The notes: generated by a model not told the origin, from the sequence alone. DNA of 64,000 bases from Octopus vulgaris (GCA_951406725.2 OX597819.1:114204001-114268000); one strand, 5' to 3'; counted from the first letter of the stretch, positions 41,016 to 55,440 are shown. A program made the numbers and translations.

Positions 41016-42112
41016 TTGGGTCATCCCATAAATAATGAGGTTTTTTTCAATTGCATGAACTAAAAGTGTGAGGAGGATGGGATAAACTACCTGCATCAAC
41101 TTGCTATAAAAGCAGGTAATAATTTTACTTTGTCCTTATTCTTGGTGCAAGTTTTGAAGAGTGCAGTTCAGTTTTAACAGTTATTTTTTCAAAGCTATAA
41201 TGGAAGTGACAAAGGAGCGTATTTGGCAGCCACACAATGGAAAGTACTAGGAATATTAATGCAGTATATGGGGATCAGACAAAACGTGTAAGCCAGTGTC
41301 AATGGTGGTTCCAAAAATTCCAAGCCAGAAACTGCAGTCTAGAAGACGAGCCTCATCCTGGAAGATCTGTAGAGCATGACGAAGATGTCCTGCAAACCCT
41401 GGGGGAACAAAATCCCATTGTAACTGTTGAGGAACCAGCAGAGAAGCTTGGATTTGGTCATTCAACAATTCATCAACACCTGCATGCCATGGGAAAAGTC
41501 AGCAAATTGGATCAATGCATTCCTCACAAACTTTCCGAGTCTATTCATGCACAGAGAGTGAATGTGTGTTCTTCTTTGCTGTTGTGTTTCACGAATGAAC
41601 CCTTTTTGAACCAAATAGTAACTGGTGATGAGAAATAGGTTCTCCATAAAAATGTCAAGTGCTGAAAACAGTGGGTAGGGAAAGGAGAAACACTGGCAGG
41701 TCTTCACCCACCTAAGGTGTTGTTATCTGTTTGGTGGGATATGAAAGGTTTAGTTCACTTTGAGCTTTTAAACCCAACCAAATGATAGCAAAGGAGATCT
41801 GTTTGAGTGGCTTAAGTCAGTGCTAGGAAAAAAACAACCATCTTTGGTTTCAAGATGAAAGGTGTTCTTCCATCAGGATAATGTTCGGCCACATACAACA
41901 ATGATGACATTCCAAAGCCTGAAGCAGTTGGAATGGAAAATGATGCCCCACCCACCATATTCGCTGGACATTGCCCCATCTGATTATCATTTATTCCACA
42001 GTCTCCAAAATCATTTAGACAGAAAATATATGAATTCTGTAGACAAGGTGAGAATAGTACTGGAGGAGTATTTTTCATCATGGACAAGTGAATTTCAGAA
42101 GAGGGGCCTTCC
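41016..42112 (+). mobile_element. Decayed mariner (DD34D) transposon; transposase pseudogene from ATG 41200
   Basis: Left TIR TA-TTGGGTCATCCCATAA; motifs CIPHKL (WVPHEL-like), VTGDEK, HQDNVRPH and HPPYSLDIAPSDY with 34 residues between the last two Asp; stops and frameshifts; right end missing. Confidence 0.93.
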
Positions 42113-42636
42113 ATTGAGATCATACACTGATCTGCCAGGGTTGACTTTGTCTTTCATCCTTTCAGGGTCAATAGAATGAGTACCAGCAGAACACTAATTA
42201 ACTTAGCCCCTCCACCAGGATTGCTGGCTTTGTGCCAAAATTTGAAATTAATATTTGATCCAGGTTTTGTGCTATGAGTTCAAATCCTGCTGAGATCAAG
42301 TCTGCCTTTCATCCTTCTGGACTTTATTCTTCTCTCTCTCACTTCCCACATTCTTTTTTCATCTTCCCCACTCTCTCTCTCTCTCTCCCTCTTTCTCATG
42401 AGAAAAGTCATGGGAGAACCACTCACAGTGTTTCTATCTTTAGAGACAGAAGAGTTGAGCAAGGGAAAACAGTTGAGTACCACTTCTCATAGGAAAATTG
42501 ATAAAATACGGGACCATCCAGGAGTAGACCAATGTGTAGTACATCACAGAACAATGGTAATAAATGTGTGATTCTGTGTATATATGTAAATTAGTTGGTG
42601 ACCTCACTTGTCATAAAAAGCATCCAGTACACTCTG

Positions 42637-42855
42637 TTAACCCTTTCATTACCGTATTTATTTCGAGATGCTCTGCGTTTCTTTCAATTACTTTAAATAT
42701 AACAAAGAATTTAGTAAAATAACATTCAGCTAGTGTTAGGAACATAAATTGTGACTAAGGTTTGGTGGAAGATTTGAATTCAACACTTATGAAAACAAGA
42801 CATTTGTACTCAGAGCCAGAGTTGGTTTCAGCTGGGTTGGTAATGAAAGGGTTAA
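42637..42855. mobile_element. TTAA piggyBac-like MITE inserted in an RTE-3'UTR remnant
   Basis: Perfect TIRs TTAA-CCCTTTCATTACC / GGTAATGAAAGGG-TTAA. Confidence 0.88.
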
Positions 42856-43367
42856 AGTGCTTTACATCAGGAATGGCATCCAGCTATAGAAGCCATACTG
42901 AAGCTAACAGTAGAGCTTGGCACTGTCCTCTCGCTCAGTGGCTCCTGGTAAACCATCCAACCCACGCCAGCATGGAAGGCAGACTTTAAATGATGAAAAG
43001 TCTAATGATGATATATTATCATCAATATCATTATAATCAATGTTGTTGTTTTAACACCAACTTTTCCATGGTTGCATCAATCAAACAGAATTGTTGGGGC
43101 AGATTTTCAAATGAAAAGTTTAAATTATGTCATATTTTATCATATAATGGTAATACACTAAATTTTCATTTTATTTCTTAAAGGATGCCCATATTAAGTG
43201 GCATATCAATCAAAGTCATATCTTGATTTATTCACAAATTTAAATAATTCTGAAGTAAAATTGAATAACAAAACCGTAATAGCAACAGAACAAAATATAT
43301 TTAGCTTCTGATTATAATCTGCTACTGCATGCTCTTGTTTTTGCTTCAAGGATATTAACCTCTGAAA

Positions 43368-43775
43368 GTGTGATAAGTAGCTTGCTTACCAACCACATGG
43401 TTCCGGGTTCAGTCCCACTGTGTGGCACCTTGGGCAAGTGTCTTCTACTATAGCCTCGGGCCAACCAAAGCTTTGTGAGTGGACTTAGTAGATGGAAACT
43501 GAAAGAAGCCCATCGTATATATGTATATATATGTATATGTGTGTATATGTTTGTGTGTATATGTTTGTGTGTCTGTGTTTGTCCTCCCAACATCACTTGA
43601 CAACCGATGGTGGTGTATTTACGTTCCCATGACTTAACGATTTGGCAAAAGAGACCGATAGAGCAAGTACTAGGCTTACAAAGAATAAGTCCTGGGGTTG
43701 CTCTGCTCGACTAAAGGCATTACTCCAGCATGGCCGCAGTTAAATAACAGAAACAAGTAAAAGAGTGTAAAGAGT
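43368..43775 (+). mobile_element. CORE-type SINE
   Basis: Same family as 1624-2035. Confidence 0.9.
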
Positions 43776-43994
43776 AACTCACTAAATTATGTATTAATAC
43801 AAATGTGTTCCAACCGTGACCATCCAGCTACAATACCATTCAATGTACTAGCACACTCCTGGTGGTTTTCTGTTAGTAGTAGCTAAATAATGTTTACACA
43901 TTTGATTCCCAATCTGTGGAATTTTTCTGATATGTTACATCTAATTTACCTTTGTATCCTTTATTCATCTAATTGTACTCATTTACTCAGTAAA

Positions 43995-44153
43995 TATCGG
44001 ATTGTCCAGAAAGTTCATGCCGATTTTTAAAGGAAAGAAAAAGGTCAATAAATACTTGCCATTACATTTGTAATCAACCAAATATGAACCATTTTGTTGC
44101 ACAATGCGTCTCCATCTTTCCTCTAACTTGAAAATACCCTCTTCCCAGAATTT
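43995..44153 (-). mobile_element. 3' end of a second mariner family
   Basis: Minus-strand peptide KFWEEGIFKLEERWRRIVQQNGSYLVD (mariner C-terminus) followed by a TIR-like end GAACTTTCTGGACAATCCGATA. Confidence 0.8.
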
Positions 44154-44584
44154 TCTGTTATATCTCTATCTATCTATACTATCAACAAATGTTATTTCTT
44201 TCCTTAATCTTTCATATTTCTGTGCCAAATACACAATAATGTATTCCCTAGTTTGACAGAATAGATGAAGAAATAAACAACCAACACATTAGCTTTGAGT
44301 TCAAATCCATTGCATGAGTTTGTTTTTCTGTATTTGGTGAGTTCCAAATATGAAATGTAAAACACTTAGTTACCAGGATTAAGTACCAAATTCCCTGGGA
44401 ATATTAGCCTCAGATTCATTCTGTTCTATCCAGAATAAAATTCAGCTTTCTTCTGAATAATATCACATATTCAAAATTAAACATCAGCCCTTTCAAAAAT
44501 GTGTGTTTGTGTGTGAAAGAGAGAGGGAAAGAGAGAGAGAGTGAGAGTATCATCATTGTTGGTTGTTTTTGATCTGTCTTCATT

Positions 44585-45115
44585 AGTTCTGACGCCAATA
44601 CTGAATGTTGGGTTATACCACAAAATCTTTCTACTTCTAGTTCTACAAGTCCTTGTGGGGTTGCTCCCACTATTGATATAGAGGATCAAAAGTGATATAT
44701 TGATATAGAGGATCTGTTGATATAGAGGATCTTCTCTGGGAATCCACTATTGTGCAGTGCATCATTATAATACAGGCATTGTTAAAGGCTTCCTTGTCAA
44801 ATAGCAATGAGGAAATAAGCTTGCCTATATTCCTAAGAATAGAGGGTGAGTGATTTGGCCCTTTGTTGATGTAGAATAGCCTTTCATTAAGCTTGCAATA
44901 AGGCTTAAAAGTGTTCAATCCCAAGTCTAAATTGATATCTAAAAAGTTAATACCACTATGATTTCTATCAACTCTAATTTTTGATGGAAGAATACAAAAT
45001 TTTACCTGAGGCCATTGAGTTCATGCCCATTCATGTTAAGAGTGACTATAAGGCTGTCATCTCTGTATAGACCTACATTTAAGCTCATACCTTTTACTGT
45101 GTCTGTGTGTTCTTG
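44585..45115 (-). mobile_element. Penelope-like element (PLE) reverse-transcriptase fragment, frameshifted
   Basis: Minus-strand motifs VGLYRDDSL, (F)LDINLDLGLNTFKPYCKLNERLFYINKGPNHSPSILRNI and RKILWYNPTFSIGVRTN are characteristic of PLE RT/thumb/linker. Confidence 0.8.
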
Positions 45116-45894
45116 TTTTGTTGCTCTTTTTTTTCATCCTTTTCAATTTTTTGTTGCTTATACTCTTTCTCCTTTCTCACCCTCAGGTTTGTCTCTATCA
45201 TGTTGAAGCCTTCAACCTTTGACACCCCAACCACTACCATTCCACCAAAATCTTCTTTCAATACACAGCAACATATTTTATATATACATAGTATTAAGTT
45301 GTCTCATCACTCTTTACTCTACCTTATCACTTTTATAGTTGTTCTATTCCTTTACTTCTCTACTTTCCTTTCTTTTCCTTCTCCCTGTTATTCTCTTTGT
45401 TTCTTTCCTTTTTCTTTATTACTTGTTTATTGTTATTCGTTTACTTATTCTAATCTCTGCTATAGCTTTTAATCTTTAATTTTAATTTCAATTTATCCCT
45501 CCCTTCAATTTTTGATTTACTTCTATTATATTCCTTTTAATCATTTACAATTTCTATTTTCTGGCAAAGACTATCATATTCTGTATATTTTTTTACTAAT
45601 TTTTACACAAAATTTTTCAATTCAATCATTGTTTATATTAATGTCACTGTTACTTTTTTACCCAATCAGACTTAAATGCTTATTGTTGAAATGGCATCTA
45701 CAATATATATATATACTCACAATTTATAAAATTTCATTATTCTTTATTATCACAATTGTCTGACAAATGATCACACAACACTCTGAGTAACAGATTGTGA
45801 ACTGTTTTCAGCTTTAATAAAATAACATTATTGTCTACCTTTGTTACACGAGTACTATTTTTTTCACCTTGTTTTGCACCTATGTGATTTCTTG

Positions 45895-46382
<488 letters not shown>

Positions 46383-48224
46383 GAAATAGCAACCAAGAAA
46401 TAGAATTGCAAGACAAAAAAAAACAAAAATCTATGGAATTTGAAGAAAATTTGCATTTTTCTTTTCTCCTTTGTCTTTTAATCTTATTTCAAGAAAAATG
46501 TCTGTTCAATCAGCAAATAAAACGATGGTCTCCAAGTGGGGATTAGCAGACAATGTAAGCTGTGATTTCTCTAGTTAATCCTGTGTAACAGATGGCTGCC
46601 AAGGGAATATTATGCAAATGGGGAGTGGTGTGGAGATGTAGTAGGGTAGGTGAAGAGGAAGACGACAGAGAATTTGAATACAATAAACATTAAAAGGTGA
46701 AGGAGATGCAGGTTCGTGTCCCACAGGTAGTCTTTCAACTTTTTTTTCCTATCCAAGGTTTTTTTTTTAACCTAATAATTATATGCAATTCACTTTGCAA
46801 TTCACTGTTAAAACAATTTATTTTACATTTTCTCAAAGATTCTACATTTTCATCATCATCATCATCGTTTAACGTCCGTTTTCCATGCTAGCATGGGTTG
46901 GACGGTTCTACCGGGGTCTGGGAAGCCAGGAGGCTGCACCAGCCTCCAGTCTGATCTAGCAGTGTATCTACAGCTGGATGCCCCTTCCTAACGCCAACCA
47001 CTCCGAGAATGTAGTGGATGCTTTTGCCAGAGAAGGCTGGCAAATGGCCACAATCAGTTGGTGCTTTTACGTGTCACCGACATGGACGCCAGTCTGTCGG
47101 CGCTGGCATCTGCCACATTTGGACAGTGCCTTTTACATGTCACTGGCATGGGTATCTTAACTAAAATTTCCATTTGATTTTTATTTTGATGTTGGTGTTA
47201 ACGTAGTTGACTCAATAGGTTTCCTCAAGAACAGCGGGTCACTCCATGATCCAAGGTTAGCAAAGCAGGTCGTTCTTTGGGCCATGAACTCACTTCATTT
47301 GTCGGGCCTTCACAGTCATAGCATATCTAAGAGGTCTCGGTCTTCATCATTTCCTCTGTGAGGCCCTACGTGCCACCGACATGTAAACATATATTTTGTG
47401 AAGTTTCAGATTTTGTCACACAGTGCAGCACTCTGGGCTGTATAGACCTACATTAAAGCTCATACCTTTTACTGTGTCTGTGTGTTCTTTTACTGTGTCT
47501 ATAGTCTTCTACTATAGCCTTGGGCTCAACAATGGTGTGTGAGCAAATTTGCAAACTGGAAATACATAGGTGCAGGAGTGGCTGTGTGGTAAGAAGCCTG
47601 ATTACCAATCACGTGGTTCCAGGTGTTCTCCGCCCTTATAATATTCTGCTGTACAATCCCAGATCTTCTACCCTCACTTTGCCCTTCTAGGTCTGCCTTC
47701 CTTAGTTTTCAGTTGTGGCTTCCCAAGTCTTTTACCCACGTTTTGTTACATTCTGCTGTGGCTTTACATGTATTCTCCTCTTCCATATTCTTCTGCAGTT
47801 GCTTCCCAAAATCTCTCCTCCTCCTTCCTGTAGTGTTCAACTTCAATTTCCCATGTATTTTACTCCCACATGGTGTTTTGCTGTAGCCTCTCAAATCCTC
47901 TGCCACTACCTTAGTATTCAAAGCCAGCCTTCTAGGTATTTGTAGTGATGCCTGGTTCTAGATGCCATTGTGGAACATTCATCCACGCATGCACATAGAA
48001 TTAGAGCTTTCTGGAGATCTGACAGAAGCCCCTTATGCGCATGCTAGGCTTGACCACCCATTCATTCTCTATGGCCCCGACTTCTTACCAGACAGGATGC
48101 AACTTAGACTAGCTCTGGGGAGTTGGAATTCTGATGGCAAGCGACATTGCGAGTCTGTGAAAATGCCTTCCTATTTTTTGTGTCTAACTACCAACCCTGC
48201 TGCTTCCACACCAAGGCGTCCAGG

Positions 48225-49115
48225 CTACCAATGTCCAGAGAGCTCCTACCTCAGTGGGTAACAAAAGGCCTCTCCCTCAGAATGAAAAGCAGACTGTATG
48301 ATACCTGTGTATGGACAGCCATGTTACATGGCAGTGAAACATGGGCTGTGATTGCTGAGGACATGCGTAGACTTGAAAGAAATGAAGCCAGTAGGCTTCG
48401 CTGGATGTGTAATGACAGTGTGCATATACAACAGAGTGTAAGCATCTTGAGAGAAAAAGCTGGGCATAAGAGGCATCAGATGTGGTGCACAAGAGAGACA
48501 ACTGCATTGGTATGGTCATGTGATGTGTATGGATGGGGACAGCTGTGTGAAGATGTGCCGATCTCTACCAATGGAAGGAAGCTGTGGAAGAGGGAAATCC
48601 AGGAAGATATAGGATGAGTTGGTGAAGCATGATCTTCAAACGTTGGGCATCATGAAGGCAATGACTATTGACTGAGACCTTTTGTGATGTGCCATGCTCA
48701 AGAAGACCCATCAGACGAAGTGAAATCATAGCTGTGGTCATTGTCAGTGTCATGTAACTGGTATCTCTGCTGCTGGCACATAAAAGCACTTTTTGAGCAC
48801 TGGGCCTCATCGAGGTAATGACAAATGATCAAAACTTTTGGCAATGTGCCATGCTTGAGAAGAAAACCCATTGAGCCAAATGAAATGATAATCATGGCAA
48901 CTATTGATGTCATGCAAACTGACACCCATGCCGGTGGCACATAAAAGCACTCATTACTCTTGTGGTTGATGTTAGGAAGGGCACCCAGCCAGAGAAACCA
49001 TACCAAGTAAGACTAGAGTCTGGTGCAGCCCCTCAGCTTACCAGTCCTGGTCAAACCATCCAACCTATGCCAGCATGGACAACAGATGCTAAATGATGAT
49101 GATGACGACGATGAT
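48225..49115 (+). mobile_element. RTE-clade LINE 3' portion: RT C-terminus plus 3' UTR with (GAT)n tail
   Basis: Peptide KSRLYDTCVWTAMLHGSETWAV...RRLERNEASRLRWMC and RLHWYGHV-like motif, contiguous with the TTAGGAAGGGCA...GATGATG repeat. Confidence 0.85.
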
Positions 49116-51758
49116 TCATACACTCATTCATATATACATATATTCATACATATATTTTTCTGATGTATATGTGTGTGTGTGTGTGTGTGTGTATGATGAT
49201 GTTGATGATATATAAAATGAGTAATTTTTTTTTTAGCTAAGTTTTTTTTCCTCTGTTACTTAGCCCATCTGTAATGCTTTCATATGATTAGTTGAAGGGA
49301 AAGGCAAAGAGTGAGAGAAAAAGAGGGTAAGGTGAAGAGTGAGAGAGAAAGAGGGGGAGTATTGTGTATTAAGTTTATAAGATTGTGCATAAAGTATATT
49401 AAATGTATATATAAAGTGCATTAAGTAATCACCGTATTCTAGTTTCCTTCTCTTTGCAAAGAGTAGCAGATGAGCGACTATCTTTCCATACAGACACAAC
49501 ACAAGCTATGCTTTCAGGTTTTTGGATAAAGTTTTCAGAAATAACCCAATAAGTTTACCATGAAATATTCACGAGTCCTGCTAGTAATAATAATAATGTA
49601 CTTACTGTATACAGTGTCCAGGTGCACAACAACTCATCAGAAAAGGTAGCCAAAAATGTGCATGAACCGCAGATAGAATAATACACAGGAAATGTATAGC
49701 GAATGAGCCATTTTCTGTTAAAAAGAAGCAATGGGGCGGGGCATTGGGTATACTGTTGGCAAATTTCCGGAAGCATGGAAGTTTTGAAGGATTACTTTAA
49801 GGGCATATATGACTGTGGAACACTCAACCACCTAGACTATAAATCAATGAGAAGGCATTTATTTCAGTATATTGAATATTCAATGTTAAAATCAATAAGA
49901 GGTCTATTCTCTCCTGCACCCCACCCCACCCCCGCCTGTGTGTCTGTAAATTATTTATTGGAAGAATTGGTAGAGTTGGTAGAATGCCTTGCAGTGTATG
50001 TTTATGTCTCTTTATGCACTGGGTTCAAATTTCACCAGGGTTGAATTTGTATTTCTTTTTTTTAATCTTTCTGGGACCCATAAAATTGAGACCCATAAAC
50101 TAAGAGGTTGCTAAGTGCTTCAATTGATTTAATCACCTTTATTTCTGTAAATTTCTGGTCTTACACTTATGTTAGTAATCATTTTAGCACTGTTTTTGGA
50201 TACAATTGTGCTACATTCTTAAAGGATATAATAAATTTACTTCTAATATAAGGATAAAATTTTTTCAAAAAAAAAAAAATTTTATCAGTGGCCTGCATAT
50301 TAAAACACCTTTTAAGGTGAAAATTATAAGTGAAAAATATTATTTGTGGTTAGACGATCTAAAGTCTATTTTTCAGCATATTGGCATAGAAAATTTTATT
50401 CTTTTGCCCTTATTTATAAAAGATATAGTATATGTAAATCATTATATACATAGTGAACATGGAGAATCAAAACAATTTTCATATTTATGGCACATTCAAA
50501 CTTGGATATACTCATCACCGCCATGTTTCATCACAAGAGGACAATTACCTTTATGATGCAATTGTTTGCATTTCATAATTCATTAATTTTGGGTCAATCG
50601 GTGTTTCAACATCATTGTGTCTCATCAGCCAGAGTTATCCTAGACTGATGAATCTCACATGAGTTGAGAATCTTGTCCATAACTTCAATGAGCAAGCTGT
50701 CTGCTGATCCATGCTGATATCTGCCAACCGGTAATAAATCATCTTATGCACAGAGAACAGTGATATTCATGTTTGAATCTGTCAGAAGATATTAAGAATA
50801 ATTATGCCAGCCATCATTTTGATTCTTACTGTTTATAAATGTGTGTATGTGTGTGTGTATGAACTTCATATATATATATATATGGATATATGTATGCATG
50901 TGTATATAACTAAAGTACTCAGACAGCAAGTATTTGCATAAATTTAGCCTCACTGTAGAAATAGATCTGGTGGTTGACCCACAGAGCTTTTTCCGCAGTT
51001 TAAAACCAAGAGCTCCAGTTGTTAGGACTTAATTATTGCCATCTTATCAAGAGTGTGTCCTCGTGTTTGTCTGAGAGAGAGAGAGAGAGAGAGAGGTGGG
51101 GAAGATGGACAGATAACAACTTCCAAGATTCTTGTAGGAAATACTAAGATTAACAGGTGTGGATGTTGCTCATTTGCATATCAGAGCATTTATTGACAAC
51201 ACACATTGAATAAAACAGCCAAAACTTTGAGACACAGTGTGTGTGTGTGATTAAATTGTGAATTCATTCACATGCATGTTTGATATACATCATCATCATC
51301 ATCATCTGTCTGTTTTCTGTCCCGGTATGGATTGGGCAGTTCAACATGGTCCAATGGGTCAGAGAACCACATCTTACTCCAGTGTCTTAATTTCTGGCAT
51401 AGTTTTTTTTTTTTTTTAATGTCTGTCAAAACATTGTACCCGAGCCAACATGGAAAACAGGTGTAGAATGATAATGATGATGATGATGATGATATATATT
51501 CTGCTCTTCATCTATTGGCATAAAGTTACCCCCTACTTCCCCACACCCCAAGGTTGGTAATCTTGCAAGCTGCATGGTAGTATGAAAAAAGCACCCAGTA
51601 CATCCTGTGAGGTGGTTAGCATTAGGAAGGGCATCTAGCCTTAGAAACCATGCCAATGCACACATTGGAGTTTGATGTAGCCTTTGGGCCCGCCAGATCC
51701 TCTCAAACCATCTGACCCATACCACCATGAAATGTAAATGTTAAGTGATGATGTTAAT

Positions 51759-51791
<33 letters not shown>

Positions 51792-52514
51792 ACAAATATG
51801 AATAATAGAAAATAGATAGAGCAACTCGCTTTTATACAATTGTTTCAACACTGATTTACCTGTAGGAACATTGATGAAACATTATACAAAATATACATTA
51901 ACACATCATGTCATTATCATTATTATTATTGAGTGAGAGAGCAGTGCATGATATCAAAGTGACACTGGGGTAAAATATACGAAGCCCAGTATACCCATCA
52001 TGACTACCCGTCTGATAAGGGTACACCAGGCACATGCATAACAACCATATGTGCGCGACATGGTAATCTCAGTTTTTTTTTCCCAATGTGTCAGGGACCA
52101 GTAATATTTCTTAGTAATATTAATTTATCATATCACAAATATGCTACATTTACTTACACAATATCTGCCACTGTCGGTGAGTACCACACCCCACTGGCCA
52201 GCTGATAAGTTGTTTACTGCAGTGCATAAGGCGAAATTACTGAAATTATGCCATTGTTTCCTTTTTTTCTGGAAACTCACCGCGGATTGGCAATAGTCTA
52301 CAGACTACCACTTTGAGCAGCACTGTGTTAGGTAACAATCTGACTATATAACTCTATGCATAGACACACACACACACACACGCGCGCATACACATACACA
52401 CACACACACACACACAAGCATACATACATGTAAGTACCGTATATTGGTCATCACTAGGCTGATTTTGAATACTGAGGATGATTGTACTGGCTTTTTTTAG
52501 GAGTATGTTAGGAG

Positions 52515-52588
52515 CACCGGCATATGGTGTAGTGGTTAAAAGCACGGGCTACTAACCCCAAGGTTCCAAGTTTGATTCCAGGCAGTGA

Positions 52589-52647
<59 letters not shown>

Positions 52648-52656
52648 GTAGTAGTA

Positions 52657-52693
<37 letters not shown>

Positions 52694-52839
52694 CATTGAA
52701 AATACCTTAGGAATGAGAACCCAGTTTTGAAATTTCCCCCAAAACACCTGATGAAGGCTGGAGGGTATATCAGCTGAAATGTGTTAACAACAAACAAGAT
52801 GAGGACAAATATCTCTCAAATGTAAATAATGTAAATAAT
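52515..52839 (+). mobile_element. tRNA-headed SINE-like element with internal (AAT)n and an HHR-like motif
   Basis: A-box TGGTGTAGTGG, anticodon-like arm GGG-CTACTAA-CCC, B-box GTTTGATTCC; CTGATGA-A-GGCTG..CAGCT-GAAA at ~52748-52778; (AATGTAAAT)2 tail; 10/12 TSD GTATGTTAGGAG/GTATGCTAAGAG. Confidence 0.7.
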
Positions 52840-52880
52840 GTATGCTAAGAGAGTTCAGAAGTCCATGAGATATATATCTC

Positions 52881-53653
52881 TCTATATATAAACGGCAGTT
52901 TGTCTGTCTGTGTGTCTGTGTATCTGTCAGGTTGTACCCTCACTCTGACCACGGCTTTCTACCGATTCTGATGAAACTTGACACACACATAGCCCAATGT
53001 CATAATTCAAAACTAACGCAGCGAAAATTTTGAAAAGTTCCCCCAGTTCTGAAAAAAATCGATAAATTTGACATGGAGTCCAGAATCTAAGCTTTTCATA
53101 AGCAACACATTTTCCATTGTAGTTTTCGCAACTTGCAATCGATTTTCACTAAACTCATGGTGAAGCTTAATGTTACCCTAAGGAACTTAATTCTGACGTT
53201 AGTTTTCCATGCAATACCTTACCATCAGAAAAAATCGATAAAATCATGCCATTTTGGGAAATCGCGTTCAAATTCAAGATGACATATTTTTCGACAATAT
53301 CTTTAACAAATTGGCAGGAAATTTTTTTGAAATTCACAGCGAGCATCATGTCTGCCCCAAGGAGCTATATGGCCCTTTTGATTCCAATAGGATACGTTAT
53401 TACTGGAAAAAATCGGTGAATTACATCATATGTGGTACACATAGCAAACCGATTTTTCTGCGATATTTTTTGAAAGTTCACATAGATTTTCCCTACTTCT
53501 TCATGCATGCAAGGGAACAATGCCTTAATGTATTTTAGGCTTCATTTTACAAAATAACGGTTCAATGAGTACAAAAAAGGGTAAAAAGGTAAAGAGCATT
53601 GCTTATCGACAAAGTTTCTTACATACCCGGGCAACGCCGGGCTATGCTGCTAG
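52881..53653 (+). mobile_element. Non-autonomous Helitron
   Basis: 5' TCTATATATAAA, (GTCT)n near the 5' end, 3' hairpin CCCGG-GCAACG-CCGGG then CTAG|T. Confidence 0.85.
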
Positions 53654-54507
53654 TATATATATATATATATATGTATTATTGGCACGTGAAAAACAACATT
53701 CGAGCAAGATTGTTGCCAATGTCGCTGGGCTGGCTCCTGTGCAAGTGGCACGTAAAAACAACATTTGAGCATGGCCATTGCCAGTACCGCCTGACTGGCC
53801 CTTGTGCCAGTGGCACGTAAAAGCACCCTCTTCACTCTTGGAGTGGTTAGCATTAGGAAGGGCATCCAGTTGTAGAAACTCTGCCAGATCAGATTGGAGC
53901 CTGGTGCAGCCATCTGGTTCGCCAGTCCTCAGTCAAACCGTCCAACTCATGCCAGCATGGAAAGCGGACGATAAGCAATGATGATGATGATGATATTCTA
54001 GCTGGCCCCGTGCATCAAAAATGATGGCTAATTGTAGTATTTTATATATAAATAAGGACAAAAGATAGAATATGGATGGTAATTCAAATTAATACACTTC
54101 ACAATGTTATCTAGTGGTTGTCTTTTGAGATGTGACATCGATCATCGTTTGTTACTGAAAGAACGCTGGTTCACACATACAAACATTCACATACTTCTCT
54201 TGTACATGCACACACATACACACATATGCTCACACGGAGTTGAAACGCTGTTTGGTTTTTCTTTTCAGCGTTGAATGTTCATCATCCCACTTCCATTGCA
54301 CACACACATTCACATACCTCCCTTTTACATATACACACATATACTCACAAAGAGTTGAAATGCTGTGATTTTTTTCACCATAGAATTTCCATCATCCCAC
54401 CACCGAGTTTGCCATCACCCCTTCCTTCCTTATTCATCTATCACCTCTTCCTTTCTCATTCATATGTTGTGACGGAGAAAAACACAAGGGTATTATTATA
54501 ATAGATG

Positions 54508-54540
<33 letters not shown>

Positions 54541-55149
54541 CTGTGTTTGTCTCCCCATCGCCACTTGACAACCGATGTTGGTATGTTTACGTCCTCATAG
54601 CCTAGCGGTTCGGCAAAATAAACCAATAGAATAAGTACAAGGCTTAAAAAATAAAGTACGGAGGTCGATTCATTCATATAAGAATTCAAGGCGCTGCTCC
54701 AGCTTGGTCACAGTCTAATGACTGAAACAAGCAAAAATTAGTTGTGTGTGCGTGTGTATGTCGGCATGTGTGTATGTGTGTATGTGTCGGCGTGTGTGTA
54801 TGTGTATGTGTGTGTGTTTCTGTCATCCTTGTATTAATCCTCCCTTCTCCCTCCATTTCCTTTCTCGCTCGTATGTTTGTTTTTTTTTTCCTTACTGTCC
54901 GTTCCCCTTCCTCCTCTTTATAAGCCACACGCGTTTAATTTCCCTCCCATTCTTATCAACCCTCCTACAATACACGAATATTGTCAACACATACATATAT
55001 ACTCTTTTCTCTCTCTCTCTCTCTCTCTCTCTCCATCTGTCAGTGTGTGTGTGTGTGTATGTGTGTGTGTTTGTGTTTCTCTCTCTCTCTAGAAAATATC
55101 AATATTTAACCCGACACATCACCCTCTATATGAAAACTGTCACATTTTC

Positions 55150-55440
55150 TTGTTTAGGTGCACGGCTGTTCAACACCGCGATCGTTCGCTCTTTCTCTCT
55201 CTCTCCCCCCCTCTCTCTTTCTCTTTCTCTCTCTCTCTCCTATTTTGTAAATTTTTTCTCTGAAGTTGCGCTTGCTTTATAAACTTCGCTTCGCTGTTCC
55301 TGTCGCGCGTGTCGGTGAGTTCTGTCCTTTACCAGTTCCATTCTTCGTTTCCATTCTGTAACACTTCGCAAAGAAAAAGAGAAAAAAGACAGAAAAACGG
55401 GGGACAAAAACCTGTTAGTCTCGCCTCGGCTGTCGTTCAG
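55150..55440 (+). promoter_or_regulatory. Putative promoter/5' UTR of the K2P gene
   Basis: CpG-rich; TATAAA at 55278-55283; possible UTR intron from G|GTGAGT (55315) to TTCAG|ATG (55440). Confidence 0.45.

Noticed and set aside
41200-42112. Domesticated SETMAR-like gene
   Set aside because: Multiple stops, frameshifts and a deletion; no SET-domain exon nearby; TIR retained.
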